This document shows positions 54,288-61,668 of a stretch of DNA of 64,000 nt, in pieces. The stretch comes from an uncultured virus (IMG/VR IMGVR_UViG_3300031998_000049) (taxonomy: Duplodnaviria > Heunggongvirae > Uroviricota > Caudoviricetes). How positions within the stretch are numbered: the stretch's first letter is position 1; each line of letters begins with the position of its first letter. A program made the translations under genes and the position numbers. Under the pieces are notes generated by a model. It searched no databases. It was given only the letters and a program-made list of their open reading frames with translations, and was not told the DNA's origin. The DNA lies in IMG/VR virus record IMGVR_UViG_3300031998_000049; one strand, 5' to 3'.

Positions 54288-55085
54288 ATGGACGGCGTTT
54301 TATTCAAAGGCAAGTTCTTTCCAGCCTATGGAGGACTCTATACCCGAATGAGCGACAATCCTTCGTTCATTCGAGGAGGTCTTGAAAATATATCAAGGGC
54401 TTTAAAAGCGGAAATCGCAGATGCTGGAGTAGTAGTAGAAGACAACAATCAAAAAACAAATAGTATGCAAAACAATTATCGTGTTGTAAATGTAGAACTG
54501 GTAAGAACCATCGTCCCGGAGGGAACGAGCGGTGGCACCGGCTATTCACAATATGCAGACCTTCGCGTGACCTTTGACGGAGGAAACGCAACCGATGTTC
54601 GCATTTCGTACTACTATACAACCGCGCAGGATGCTTTCAAGGAGTTCCTTGAGCATCTTCCCGGTTGTGATAATGCAGAAGAAACCTATGCGCTTTTCGG
54701 CGATGCTATTCGTCATCTTCTCCTCGATTTTTGCGCATTCTCCGAACTGCCCGAATCTCTTCGCAAGCCGGAGTTTAAAACCGAGAAGAAGAAAATCTAT
54801 CGGATCAGGAAACTGACTCCGAGGGAGTGCTTCCGTCTTATGGGTGTCTCGGACTCGGATATTGACAAAATCCAAGCCTATCCGTTCCACGAGGCAATCC
54901 AGAATCCGTCATTCTCAAAAGATGAGATTCTTGCTGGTATGACGGAACAAGAGAAACGGAAATTGATGAAAGACTCAATTTCCGAGAGCCAGCAGTACAA
55001 GATGGCCGGAAACAGCATCGTGGTGAATGTCCTTGAGGGCATTTTCACGCAGCTCTTCCGCGCCGATACGGATTGTCTTTTTTAG
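54288..55085 (+). CDS. dcm: C5 cytosine methyltransferase, C-terminal half (motifs IX-X)
   Basis: RIRKLTPRECFRLMG; QQYKMAGNSIVVNVLEGIF. Confidence 0.9.
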   Translation: MDGVLFKGKFFPAYGGLYTRMSDNPSFIRGGLENISRALKAEIADAGVVVEDNNQKTNSMQNNYRVVNVELVRTIVPEGTSGGTGYSQYADLRVTFDGGNATDVRISYYYTTAQDAFKEFLEHLPGCDNAEETYALFGDAIRHLLLDFCAFSELPESLRKPEFKTEKKKIYRIRKLTPRECFRLMGVSDSDIDKIQAYPFHEAIQNPSFSKDEILAGMTEQEKRKLMKDSISESQQYKMAGNSIVVNVLEGIFTQLFRADTDCLF

Positions 55086-55094
55086 TCCTCTCGA

Positions 55095-55367
55095 ATGAGC
55101 CACGCGAAGAATTACATCGACCTCACCGGCAAGCGCTTCGGTCGCCTTACCGTCATCTGCCAGGATGATCTCACCGACAACCGGATGACAACCTGGCGAG
55201 TCAGATGCGACTGCGGCCAGGAGTTCACGGCACTCGGCATCAACCTGCGCCGGGGCGCGACCTTGAGTTGCGGGTGCCTCCGCCGGGATATGATGCGTGG
55301 AAATAAGAGGAACCACCTACAACCTACTACATATAGCCGTTGTGAAACGGCGGGGGCGGCTTCTTGA
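55095..55367 (+). CDS. AP2/HNH-associated N-terminal zinc domain protein, no nuclease domain
   Basis: DLTGKRFGRLTV...W..RCDCG...L..G.T.SCGC. Confidence 0.7.
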   Translation: MSHAKNYIDLTGKRFGRLTVICQDDLTDNRMTTWRVRCDCGQEFTALGINLRRGATLSCGCLRRDMMRGNKRNHLQPTTYSRCETAGAAS

Positions 55368-55438
55368 TGTGGCCATAATCGGATAGTTTCTTTGTTCTTA
55401 TACGCCGCCCCTTTCTCTCGTAATCAATAACACTCTAT

Positions 55439-55630
55439 ATGAAAAGGAAATGGATCAGCACCCTTGCTTGGGCGCTTGTGGTGATTCTCGGAATCGGGAT
55501 CGTCACCGACTTTCTCTGCGAACTCGGAATCAACCGAGGGTGGCAGTACATCTACAACCTCGCGTCTTGCCTCGCCGCGCCTTTCCTTATCGCCGTGGCT
55601 CTGCGCGACAAAATCTCGCAGAATATATGA
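55439..55630 (+). CDS. small membrane protein
   Basis: Two TM segments. Confidence 0.6.
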   Translation: MKRKWISTLAWALVVILGIGIVTDFLCELGINRGWQYIYNLASCLAAPFLIAVALRDKISQNI

Positions 55631-55836
55631 GCGACCAAGAAATCCGAAGCCTTCCTTGGTGGGAGAGAGAGAAGCTATTGACAGAAAAGGACAAGGAAGC
55701 AATCAATCGCGCCAAGGACACAAGGTGGGAGGATATTGACACGAATAGCGCCGAAACGGAAGCCGGAAAGGTAGAGATAGAGTTCATACAAAGCCGCAAG
55801 CGTCATCGAGACGAATGGCAAGCAGGAATACTTTAA
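55627..55836 (+). CDS. hypothetical protein
   Basis: ATGA-coupled 69-aa ORF. Confidence 0.65.
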   Translation: MSDQEIRSLPWWEREKLLTEKDKEAINRAKDTRWEDIDTNSAETEAGKVEIEFIQSRKRHRDEWQAGIL

Positions 55837-55846
55837 CACTATCACA

Positions 55847-56272
55847 ATGCAAGTCTTTGTACCATTCCCGTCGCCGATTGATGTGGCGAAGTGCCTCGAC
55901 AAGCGGCGCCTCCGCAAGCAGATCATCGAGTGCAGACAGATTCTTGATGCCATCACCGGACGGAAGGACGGATGGTTCAATCATCCTGTCGTCAAGATGT
56001 ACGAGAAGCATTGGGATTGGCTTTCGAGCTATACACTTTGCTTGCAGTATTACGAGATCGGCGACGAGGATGCGGCGCAACAAGAAAACGCTTACGCATT
56101 TCCTTATCGCCCTTCTTTCCTCACCAAAGACTTCTGCGACCAACACAAGCGCCGCCTCTACACCAAGGCCCCAGACCTCTACCCGCAATTCGCAAGGTAC
56201 GGCACGAGCGAGGAGAATTGGTATGTAGTGGACGGCAATCTTCTGAAATACATTAACGGAAAACAAATATGA
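55847..56272 (+). CDS. pyrimidine dimer DNA glycosylase / endonuclease V-like protein
   Basis: MQVF.P...LD.RRL.KQI.E..QIL...HP.VKM. Confidence 0.75.
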   Translation: MQVFVPFPSPIDVAKCLDKRRLRKQIIECRQILDAITGRKDGWFNHPVVKMYEKHWDWLSSYTLCLQYYEIGDEDAAQQENAYAFPYRPSFLTKDFCDQHKRRLYTKAPDLYPQFARYGTSEENWYVVDGNLLKYINGKQI

Positions 56273-57156
56273 TCACTAACTTTTCACCCATCCCGGAGGG
56301 ATTCTTCGGGGAGAGCGGCTTGACCGCCACCTCTGCGAACCATATCGCAAACATGCTGAAAATGCGGTATGAGTCAATCGAGAACAGACTTAATTCCGTG
56401 AACTTCACTGCCGAGACGATGCAGATCATCGGAAGCAACGAAAAGCACCTCTGCAAGAAGGAGTTCACGATGGACATCCAGACATTCAAGAACAGCCTGG
56501 ACGAGATTGCAAGATGCAAGGGCTTCATTGCTTTCCTGCGTGAAGCAATCAAGTGCAAGAACCTCCTTACGGACGAGATTGAGGCATTCTCAACCGAACT
56601 CCCCGGACCTCCTCCGCCTCCGGTTCCGAAGCGACCCGTCACGGTAGATATGGTCTTCGAGAAGATGAGCATCGGCGACCGCGTGACCTACCTCGCAACG
56701 CAGGCCCGCGCCGCGACCTACGGCGAGTACATCCACCCCGGCGGCCATCTTCACAACCAGCGCCTCCGCGCCTTCGATGCTTTCACCGAGCCGGACAAGG
56801 TTGCGAACACCGGGCGAGAAACCGTGTTCATCCACCGCGAGAATGCGATGACGATCAACGAGATCGACGACATCATCGCTGACCTCCAGGCCGAACACCG
56901 GAAATCAGAAGCCCAACTCAACGGCCTCAACCACGAGATTGAGGAAACCGTCAAGAGTGACGAGCAGCAACGGCTCGATGATGACCGCGAGCAACAGGCC
57001 AAGTACAACAAGATGATGGACGAGTACAACCGGCAGGTTGAAGAAATCCGTCTCTCAGACAAGCAGACGAGAATCGACCGCCGCAAGGAGATCGAGGCTC
57101 TGAAAATCATTATCCCCAATCAGTATCGGGACCTTTACGACGCAGTAAACAGATAA
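56269..57156 (+). CDS. coiled-coil protein of unknown function
   Basis: FFGESGLT.TSANHIAN...FLREAIK...KIIIP; long heptad segments. Confidence 0.8.
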   Translation: MITNFSPIPEGFFGESGLTATSANHIANMLKMRYESIENRLNSVNFTAETMQIIGSNEKHLCKKEFTMDIQTFKNSLDEIARCKGFIAFLREAIKCKNLLTDEIEAFSTELPGPPPPPVPKRPVTVDMVFEKMSIGDRVTYLATQARAATYGEYIHPGGHLHNQRLRAFDAFTEPDKVANTGRETVFIHRENAMTINEIDDIIADLQAEHRKSEAQLNGLNHEIEETVKSDEQQRLDDDREQQAKYNKMMDEYNRQVEEIRLSDKQTRIDRRKEIEALKIIIPNQYRDLYDAVNR

Positions 57157-57454
57157 TCTGGGGCTGAGGGCCTGTCCCGAAACCCAGACCAACGGGGAGG
57201 GTGAATACAAAATAGGTGACTTAAATCCAATCGAGGGGCGCGTCACTTCCCATCGCCAAAAGCAATAGAGCAACTGGTAAGCTCGCAAGAAATGTGGTTC
57301 TTGAGACGCGGTCCGAATCCGCAACTTACAACAACGGCTCTGCTCCCAAAGATTCATTTTCTGACTTTACCTTTGACTTTGACGGGAGCGGAGGTCTTCG
57401 TCCTCGCCCTTGCTTTTGTCTTCGTGGTATTCACCTTTCCCCGGTCTGTTTTTT
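57157..57454 (+). ncRNA. putative structured ncRNA with tRNA-like core
   Basis: Closing helix 57185-57208/57427-57448, internal helices, D/anticodon/T-like arms. Confidence 0.65.
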
Positions 57455-57467
57455 AATACTCAAGAGT

Positions 57468-58061
57468 ATGTCAATCTATTCTAAACTCCTTGAAGTCCAG
57501 ACGCGCATTATTGGTCTTAGCAAGGACGGCTCTGCCGACCAGAACAAATACCAATATGTGACCGGGAATAAACTTCTCGGCATTGTGCGACCCATTATGG
57601 ACGAACTCGGCCTCCTTCTTCTTTCCGAGATTAAGGAAGCGACCTACACCCGGCAAGAGTACAACACGCGCAACGGCCAGAAGACAGAGATGTTCTGTGC
57701 TGTGAAAATGCTCTTTACCTGGGTCGATGTTGAGTCCGGCGAAAAACTCCCAATCGAGTGGGCCAGTAGCGGCATGAACTCCTTTGACAAGTCTTTAGGT
57801 AGTGCAGTCACTTATGCCGAGCGCTATGTGATCATGAAGCAATTCCACATCGCCACCGACGAAGATGATGTTGATGCCGTCAAGACGCCGGAACAAGAGC
57901 TGAACGATATGAATTGGGAATCCTATTTCAAGTCACTCAATTCCGTCGCCGAACTTGATGCAGCATGGCAAAAGTACGGCGAACAGCTCAAGGGAAACAA
58001 GGCCGTACTCCTTGCATTCAACAAACGCAAAAAGGAATTGCTCAATGGAACTGCATCATGA
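57468..58061 (+). CDS. ERF-family ssDNA annealing protein
   Basis: DKSLGSAVTYAERY...FHIAT.EDD.DA. Confidence 0.85.
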   Translation: MSIYSKLLEVQTRIIGLSKDGSADQNKYQYVTGNKLLGIVRPIMDELGLLLLSEIKEATYTRQEYNTRNGQKTEMFCAVKMLFTWVDVESGEKLPIEWASSGMNSFDKSLGSAVTYAERYVIMKQFHIATDEDDVDAVKTPEQELNDMNWESYFKSLNSVAELDAAWQKYGEQLKGNKAVLLAFNKRKKELLNGTAS

Positions 58062-58977
58062 CGATCGGGTCTTCTTTGACCCCATATCCCACTCATATCT
58101 CCTGGATGGCGATGTCCTACTGATGGGCGTTACCGAGTTGATGCGGAAGCACAACTTGGGCGCCGACTATGGGAACATCCCTGCGTCTATCTTGAAAAAG
58201 GCGGCAGAGGAGGGAACGGCCATCCACAAGGAGATCGAGGACTACGATAGCGGAGAGGCGATCTTCGCATCCGAACTCATTGATGAGTATCGTGACCTCT
58301 GTCTCGCCAATGGTCTTAAATCCGTCGAGAGCGAGTACCCGATTACCGACTACGAGACGATTGCCTCCGCCATCGACAAGGTTTACGAGAACCGAAACGG
58401 CAAGGCGGTTCTCGTTGACATCAAGACAACGCTCGACCTTCACCGCCGTGCGCTCCAATGGCAACTTGGCATCTACAAAGTCTACTTTGAACGGTTGAAT
58501 CCAGACAAAGAGGTAGAGGGATGCTTCTGCATGTGGATCGACAAGAAGACCCGTAAGATCAAGGGCCTCATCCCGATCGAACCCGTCTCGGCGGAGGAGG
58601 TTGCCGCGCTCATAGAAGCGGAACGGAACGGCCTTATCTACATCGACGAGAACGATATTCCGGACGCCTCCCTCGTACTCAAGGAAGACGAGTTGGCCAC
58701 CTACATCTCCAAGGCGAACGAAATCGCCGCGCTCAAGGCGAAGATAAAGCAGATTGAGGACGGGTTGAAGTTCTACGCCGAGCAGATGTTGGCTTATATG
58801 GCCGACAATGACCTTGACGAGATGGCGGCTCCGGGAGGCGTCTTCAAGCGCAAGAAATCATACACACAGACCCGCGTGGACTCTGCCAAGTTGCAGAAGC
58901 TCTACCCGGCTGTATTTGAGAAGGTCACTAAACAAGTAGAGGTGGCCGCTTCATTGACATTTAAAACAAAAGAATAA
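58045..58977 (+). CDS. PD-(D/E)XK (Cas4-like) exonuclease
   Basis: GTAIHKEIE, SAID, VDIKTT, WQLGIY. Confidence 0.8.
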   Translation: MELHHDDRVFFDPISHSYLLDGDVLLMGVTELMRKHNLGADYGNIPASILKKAAEEGTAIHKEIEDYDSGEAIFASELIDEYRDLCLANGLKSVESEYPITDYETIASAIDKVYENRNGKAVLVDIKTTLDLHRRALQWQLGIYKVYFERLNPDKEVEGCFCMWIDKKTRKIKGLIPIEPVSAEEVAALIEAERNGLIYIDENDIPDASLVLKEDELATYISKANEIAALKAKIKQIEDGLKFYAEQMLAYMADNDLDEMAAPGGVFKRKKSYTQTRVDSAKLQKLYPAVFEKVTKQVEVAASLTFKTKE

Positions 58978-58979
58978 CA

Positions 58980-59522
58980 ATGGCATCACTCAACAAAGTT
59001 ATGTGCATCGGGAACATCACACGCGATGCAGAATCTCGTCCCGTGGGACAGAACCAGGTTGCAAGGTTCGGCCTTGCGATGTCCGAAAAGTTCAAGAAGC
59101 AAGACGGAACAATCGGAGAGAACACCGAGTTCATCAATGTCGAACTCTGGGGACAAGTCCCTGTCCATCAATATCTCGTGAAGGGCCAGTTAGTCTTCAT
59201 CGAAGGATCGATCAAGACGGACAACTGGACTGACAACAACGGGCAGCAACACCGCGAGACTAAAATCCATGCGAACATCATCCAACTCCTCGGATCACGC
59301 CCCCAGCAGGCCGCACAAGCTCCGAGAGCAGCCGCGCCCACTGGCCCGGTCTATGCGCAAGCCCCAGTAGCACCGCCGCCCGCACCGGCCTACTACCAAC
59401 AGCCCGTGCAACCCGCCGCGCCTGCTCCAGCCCCGGCTCCGCAACCGCAGTATCAGCAAGCGCCGCCCGCGCCGCAACCGCCCGTTGCACAAGCAAGTCC
59501 GACTGACGACCTCCCGTTCTAA
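58980..59522 (+). CDS. ssb: single-stranded DNA-binding protein
   Basis: LNKVMCIGN OB fold, Pro/Gln linker, DDLPF tail. Confidence 0.95.
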   Translation: MASLNKVMCIGNITRDAESRPVGQNQVARFGLAMSEKFKKQDGTIGENTEFINVELWGQVPVHQYLVKGQLVFIEGSIKTDNWTDNNGQQHRETKIHANIIQLLGSRPQQAAQAPRAAAPTGPVYAQAPVAPPPAPAYYQQPVQPAAPAPAPAPQPQYQQAPPAPQPPVAQASPTDDLPF

Positions 59523-59959
59523 TGAAACTCCTCTTGCAAAACACCGCCGTGGGACTTGTCCCGCTCTATGAGTCCGACTTCGACGAAAAGAAGAAACTCC
59601 GGGCCGGACAAGTCTATATGGCGGAGATCAAGGTGGCGCGGAACATCCAATTCCACCGGAAATTCTGGTCGATGCTGAACACCGCCTGGGCGCTCCTACC
59701 GGAGAAGACCCAAGGCGGTTTCCGCTCTCTCGAAGGATTCCGCGCCTACCTTCTCGTTGCTGCGGGGTTCTACGAAACCTACTACTCTCCTCGGCTCAAG
59801 GAGTTCGTGGAGATTCCGAAATCAATGTCCTTCGCCTCTATGGACGAGGCGGAGTTCAACGATTGCTACGAAAGGGTGAAAGATGTTATCTGGAGCATCC
59901 TCCAGACGCGCATCAACATCACCCAGGAAGTCTTTGAACAATATCTATCCAACTACTGA
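59522..59959 (+). CDS. DUF1367-like (NinB-related) protein
   Basis: RNIQFHRKF...PKSMSFASMDE.EF...Y. Confidence 0.75.
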   Translation: MKLLLQNTAVGLVPLYESDFDEKKKLRAGQVYMAEIKVARNIQFHRKFWSMLNTAWALLPEKTQGGFRSLEGFRAYLLVAAGFYETYYSPRLKEFVEIPKSMSFASMDEAEFNDCYERVKDVIWSILQTRINITQEVFEQYLSNY

Positions 59960-60705
59960 TGAAAAAGGAAATTCTCGTAGTGATACCCTTTGTCGCGGAA
60001 GACGCGCAGGGGTCTGAAATCCGTCTCGCCGCCGAGGGTTGGCGGAAGCACTTCAAGAGCAAGTGCCGCATCGTGGTTGTCGGTGACGATCCCGGCATCC
60101 AGAACATCGACACCGTACTCAAGGTTGACCGCTTGCCGGAGGTTGACGGCCAGTACCGCCCTCACCTCGACATCGCAAACAAGATGCGGGAGGTGATCAA
60201 CGCTTTCTCCGGCGCCTATGACGGCTGCATCTGGGCGTCCGATGACTGCTATGCGGTCAACGACTTCACCATCGCCGATGTGAAGCAGCCGAAGTTCCAG
60301 GATGCCGAGATGCCGTGGAAGGGAGAGCTTCATCCGAACCCCTGGAGGCGCAACCTCGTCAAGACACGCCACCTCTGCGACCGCGAAGGTCTCGGCATCG
60401 TCAACTGGGTCACTCACCTCCCCCTCTACTACAAGTTCGATAAACTCGCGTCCATCATCCAGGACTACGACCTGATTCACGAGAGTTATGTCATCGAGAA
60501 CATCTACTTCAACAAGTTCCGTCCGAGGCTCGTTCCGCACCAGATGCGCAACGATGACGGTTACAAGTTCGGGGTGTACTACGAGCCGCTTGACAAGAGG
60601 GGCTTCGCCGATGCTCTCAACAGAAAAATCTGGGTCTGCAACTCCGCCCACGGATGGAGCGAGGGCCTTGAGTCCGCGCTTCGCCAGCACTATGGGCTGG
60701 AATAG
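59959..60705 (+). CDS. GT-A-fold nucleotide-sugar/phospho-transferase-like protein
   Basis: VVIPF, VVVGD.P, IWASDD (DxD-like), THLP motifs. Confidence 0.5.
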   Translation: MKKEILVVIPFVAEDAQGSEIRLAAEGWRKHFKSKCRIVVVGDDPGIQNIDTVLKVDRLPEVDGQYRPHLDIANKMREVINAFSGAYDGCIWASDDCYAVNDFTIADVKQPKFQDAEMPWKGELHPNPWRRNLVKTRHLCDREGLGIVNWVTHLPLYYKFDKLASIIQDYDLIHESYVIENIYFNKFRPRLVPHQMRNDDGYKFGVYYEPLDKRGFADALNRKIWVCNSAHGWSEGLESALRQHYGLE

Positions 60706-60909
60706 TTTTTCCAAGTGAAACTATTTGTTTCTCGGAATGAAATGGTTTTGCATCTTTGTTATGTTCCTTTAAGTAGCGCGAAGGACGGACATAGTGCAAT
60801 CCCGCCAATTTGTGTCATACATCATATTTGGCTTGCGCCTCTTCGTCTTACGCGCTACCTCTTGAAAAAGAGAAGATGAAGAGGCGCAAGTGTTTTATTA
60901 CCAAGACTA

Positions 60910-61668
60910 ATGGCCGGATATATCACCATACCGAGAGACCTGTTTACGGACAAGACTTTCAAGCCAGGTAAAGCGAACGAAACATTTGCTTTCATCGACT
61001 TGATTCAGCTCGCCGAATACAAGGATCGAGATGTCAATATCAAGGGACAAATCATCCATCTGAATCGCGGTGAACTCGCCACTTCCGTCAGGATTCTTTC
61101 AGAGCGCTGGTGCTGGAGCGTAAACGCAACCACACACGCACTTGATACCCTCGAAAGGTGTGGCAAAGTGATACGCAGAAAAAGCAATGTAACTTCCATA
61201 ATATCAATCGTTAACTACGACAAGTACCAGCCGAACTCAAACGCAGAAAGTAACGCAGAAAGTAACGCAAAAGGTAACGCAGACGAAGACATTACTAAAG
61301 AAATAAATAAAATAAATAATACAAGAAAGAAAGATACTAAAGTATCTAAAGAAAAATCCGATGCCGTCCTACGGCTTTATGCCATGTACCCCGCTTCTGT
61401 CGTCCGCGCCGACGGCAACCGGGTTTCCCTGAAATCAGGTAAGGACAAGGATAAACTCTCAAGACTTCTTGACTCTCATACTGAGGAAGAGTTGACGAAC
61501 ACGATCAATCAGTATCTCTCCGAGAACCACGGAGCATATACCAAGATGTTCTCCACTTTCCTCAACAATCTGCCGGACTACTCAGAAACACCTACCATTG
61601 TGACACCAGCCCAGCAGGAACTATCGCTATTTGACCAGAAAAGAATCCGAAGACCCCAGGATGTATGA
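60910..61668 (+). CDS. phage replication initiator (replisome organizer)
   Basis: GYITIPR, L.RGE..TS...LSERW, SIISIVNYDKYQ; internal iterons. Confidence 0.8.
   Translation: MAGYITIPRDLFTDKTFKPGKANETFAFIDLIQLAEYKDRDVNIKGQIIHLNRGELATSVRILSERWCWSVNATTHALDTLERCGKVIRRKSNVTSIISIVNYDKYQPNSNAESNAESNAKGNADEDITKEINKINNTRKKDTKVSKEKSDAVLRLYAMYPASVVRADGNRVSLKSGKDKDKLSRLLDSHTEEELTNTINQYLSENHGAYTKMFSTFLNNLPDYSETPTIVTPAQQELSLFDQKRIRRPQDV
61240..61283 (+). repeat. 12-bp tandem iterons (probable origin)
   Basis: AACGCAGAAAGT x2, AACGCAAAAGGT, AACGCAGA, then an A-rich tract. Confidence 0.7.

Noticed and set aside
57157..57454. tmRNA or Y RNA assignment
   Set aside because: No GGGG...CCA tmRNA ends with a tag ORF ending in ALAA, and no Ro60/TROVE gene in the window; left unassigned
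57294..57467. 58-aa N-terminal extension of the ERF protein
   Set aside because: ATG at 57468 has the better context and matches expected ERF length; the upstream part is better explained as structured RNA
58045..58977. Cas4 as part of a CRISPR system
   Set aside because: Context (ERF, SSB) indicates a recombination exonuclease; no other cas genes
59300..59500. Pro/Ala/Gln-rich repeat-like DNA
   Set aside because: Ordinary disordered SSB linker
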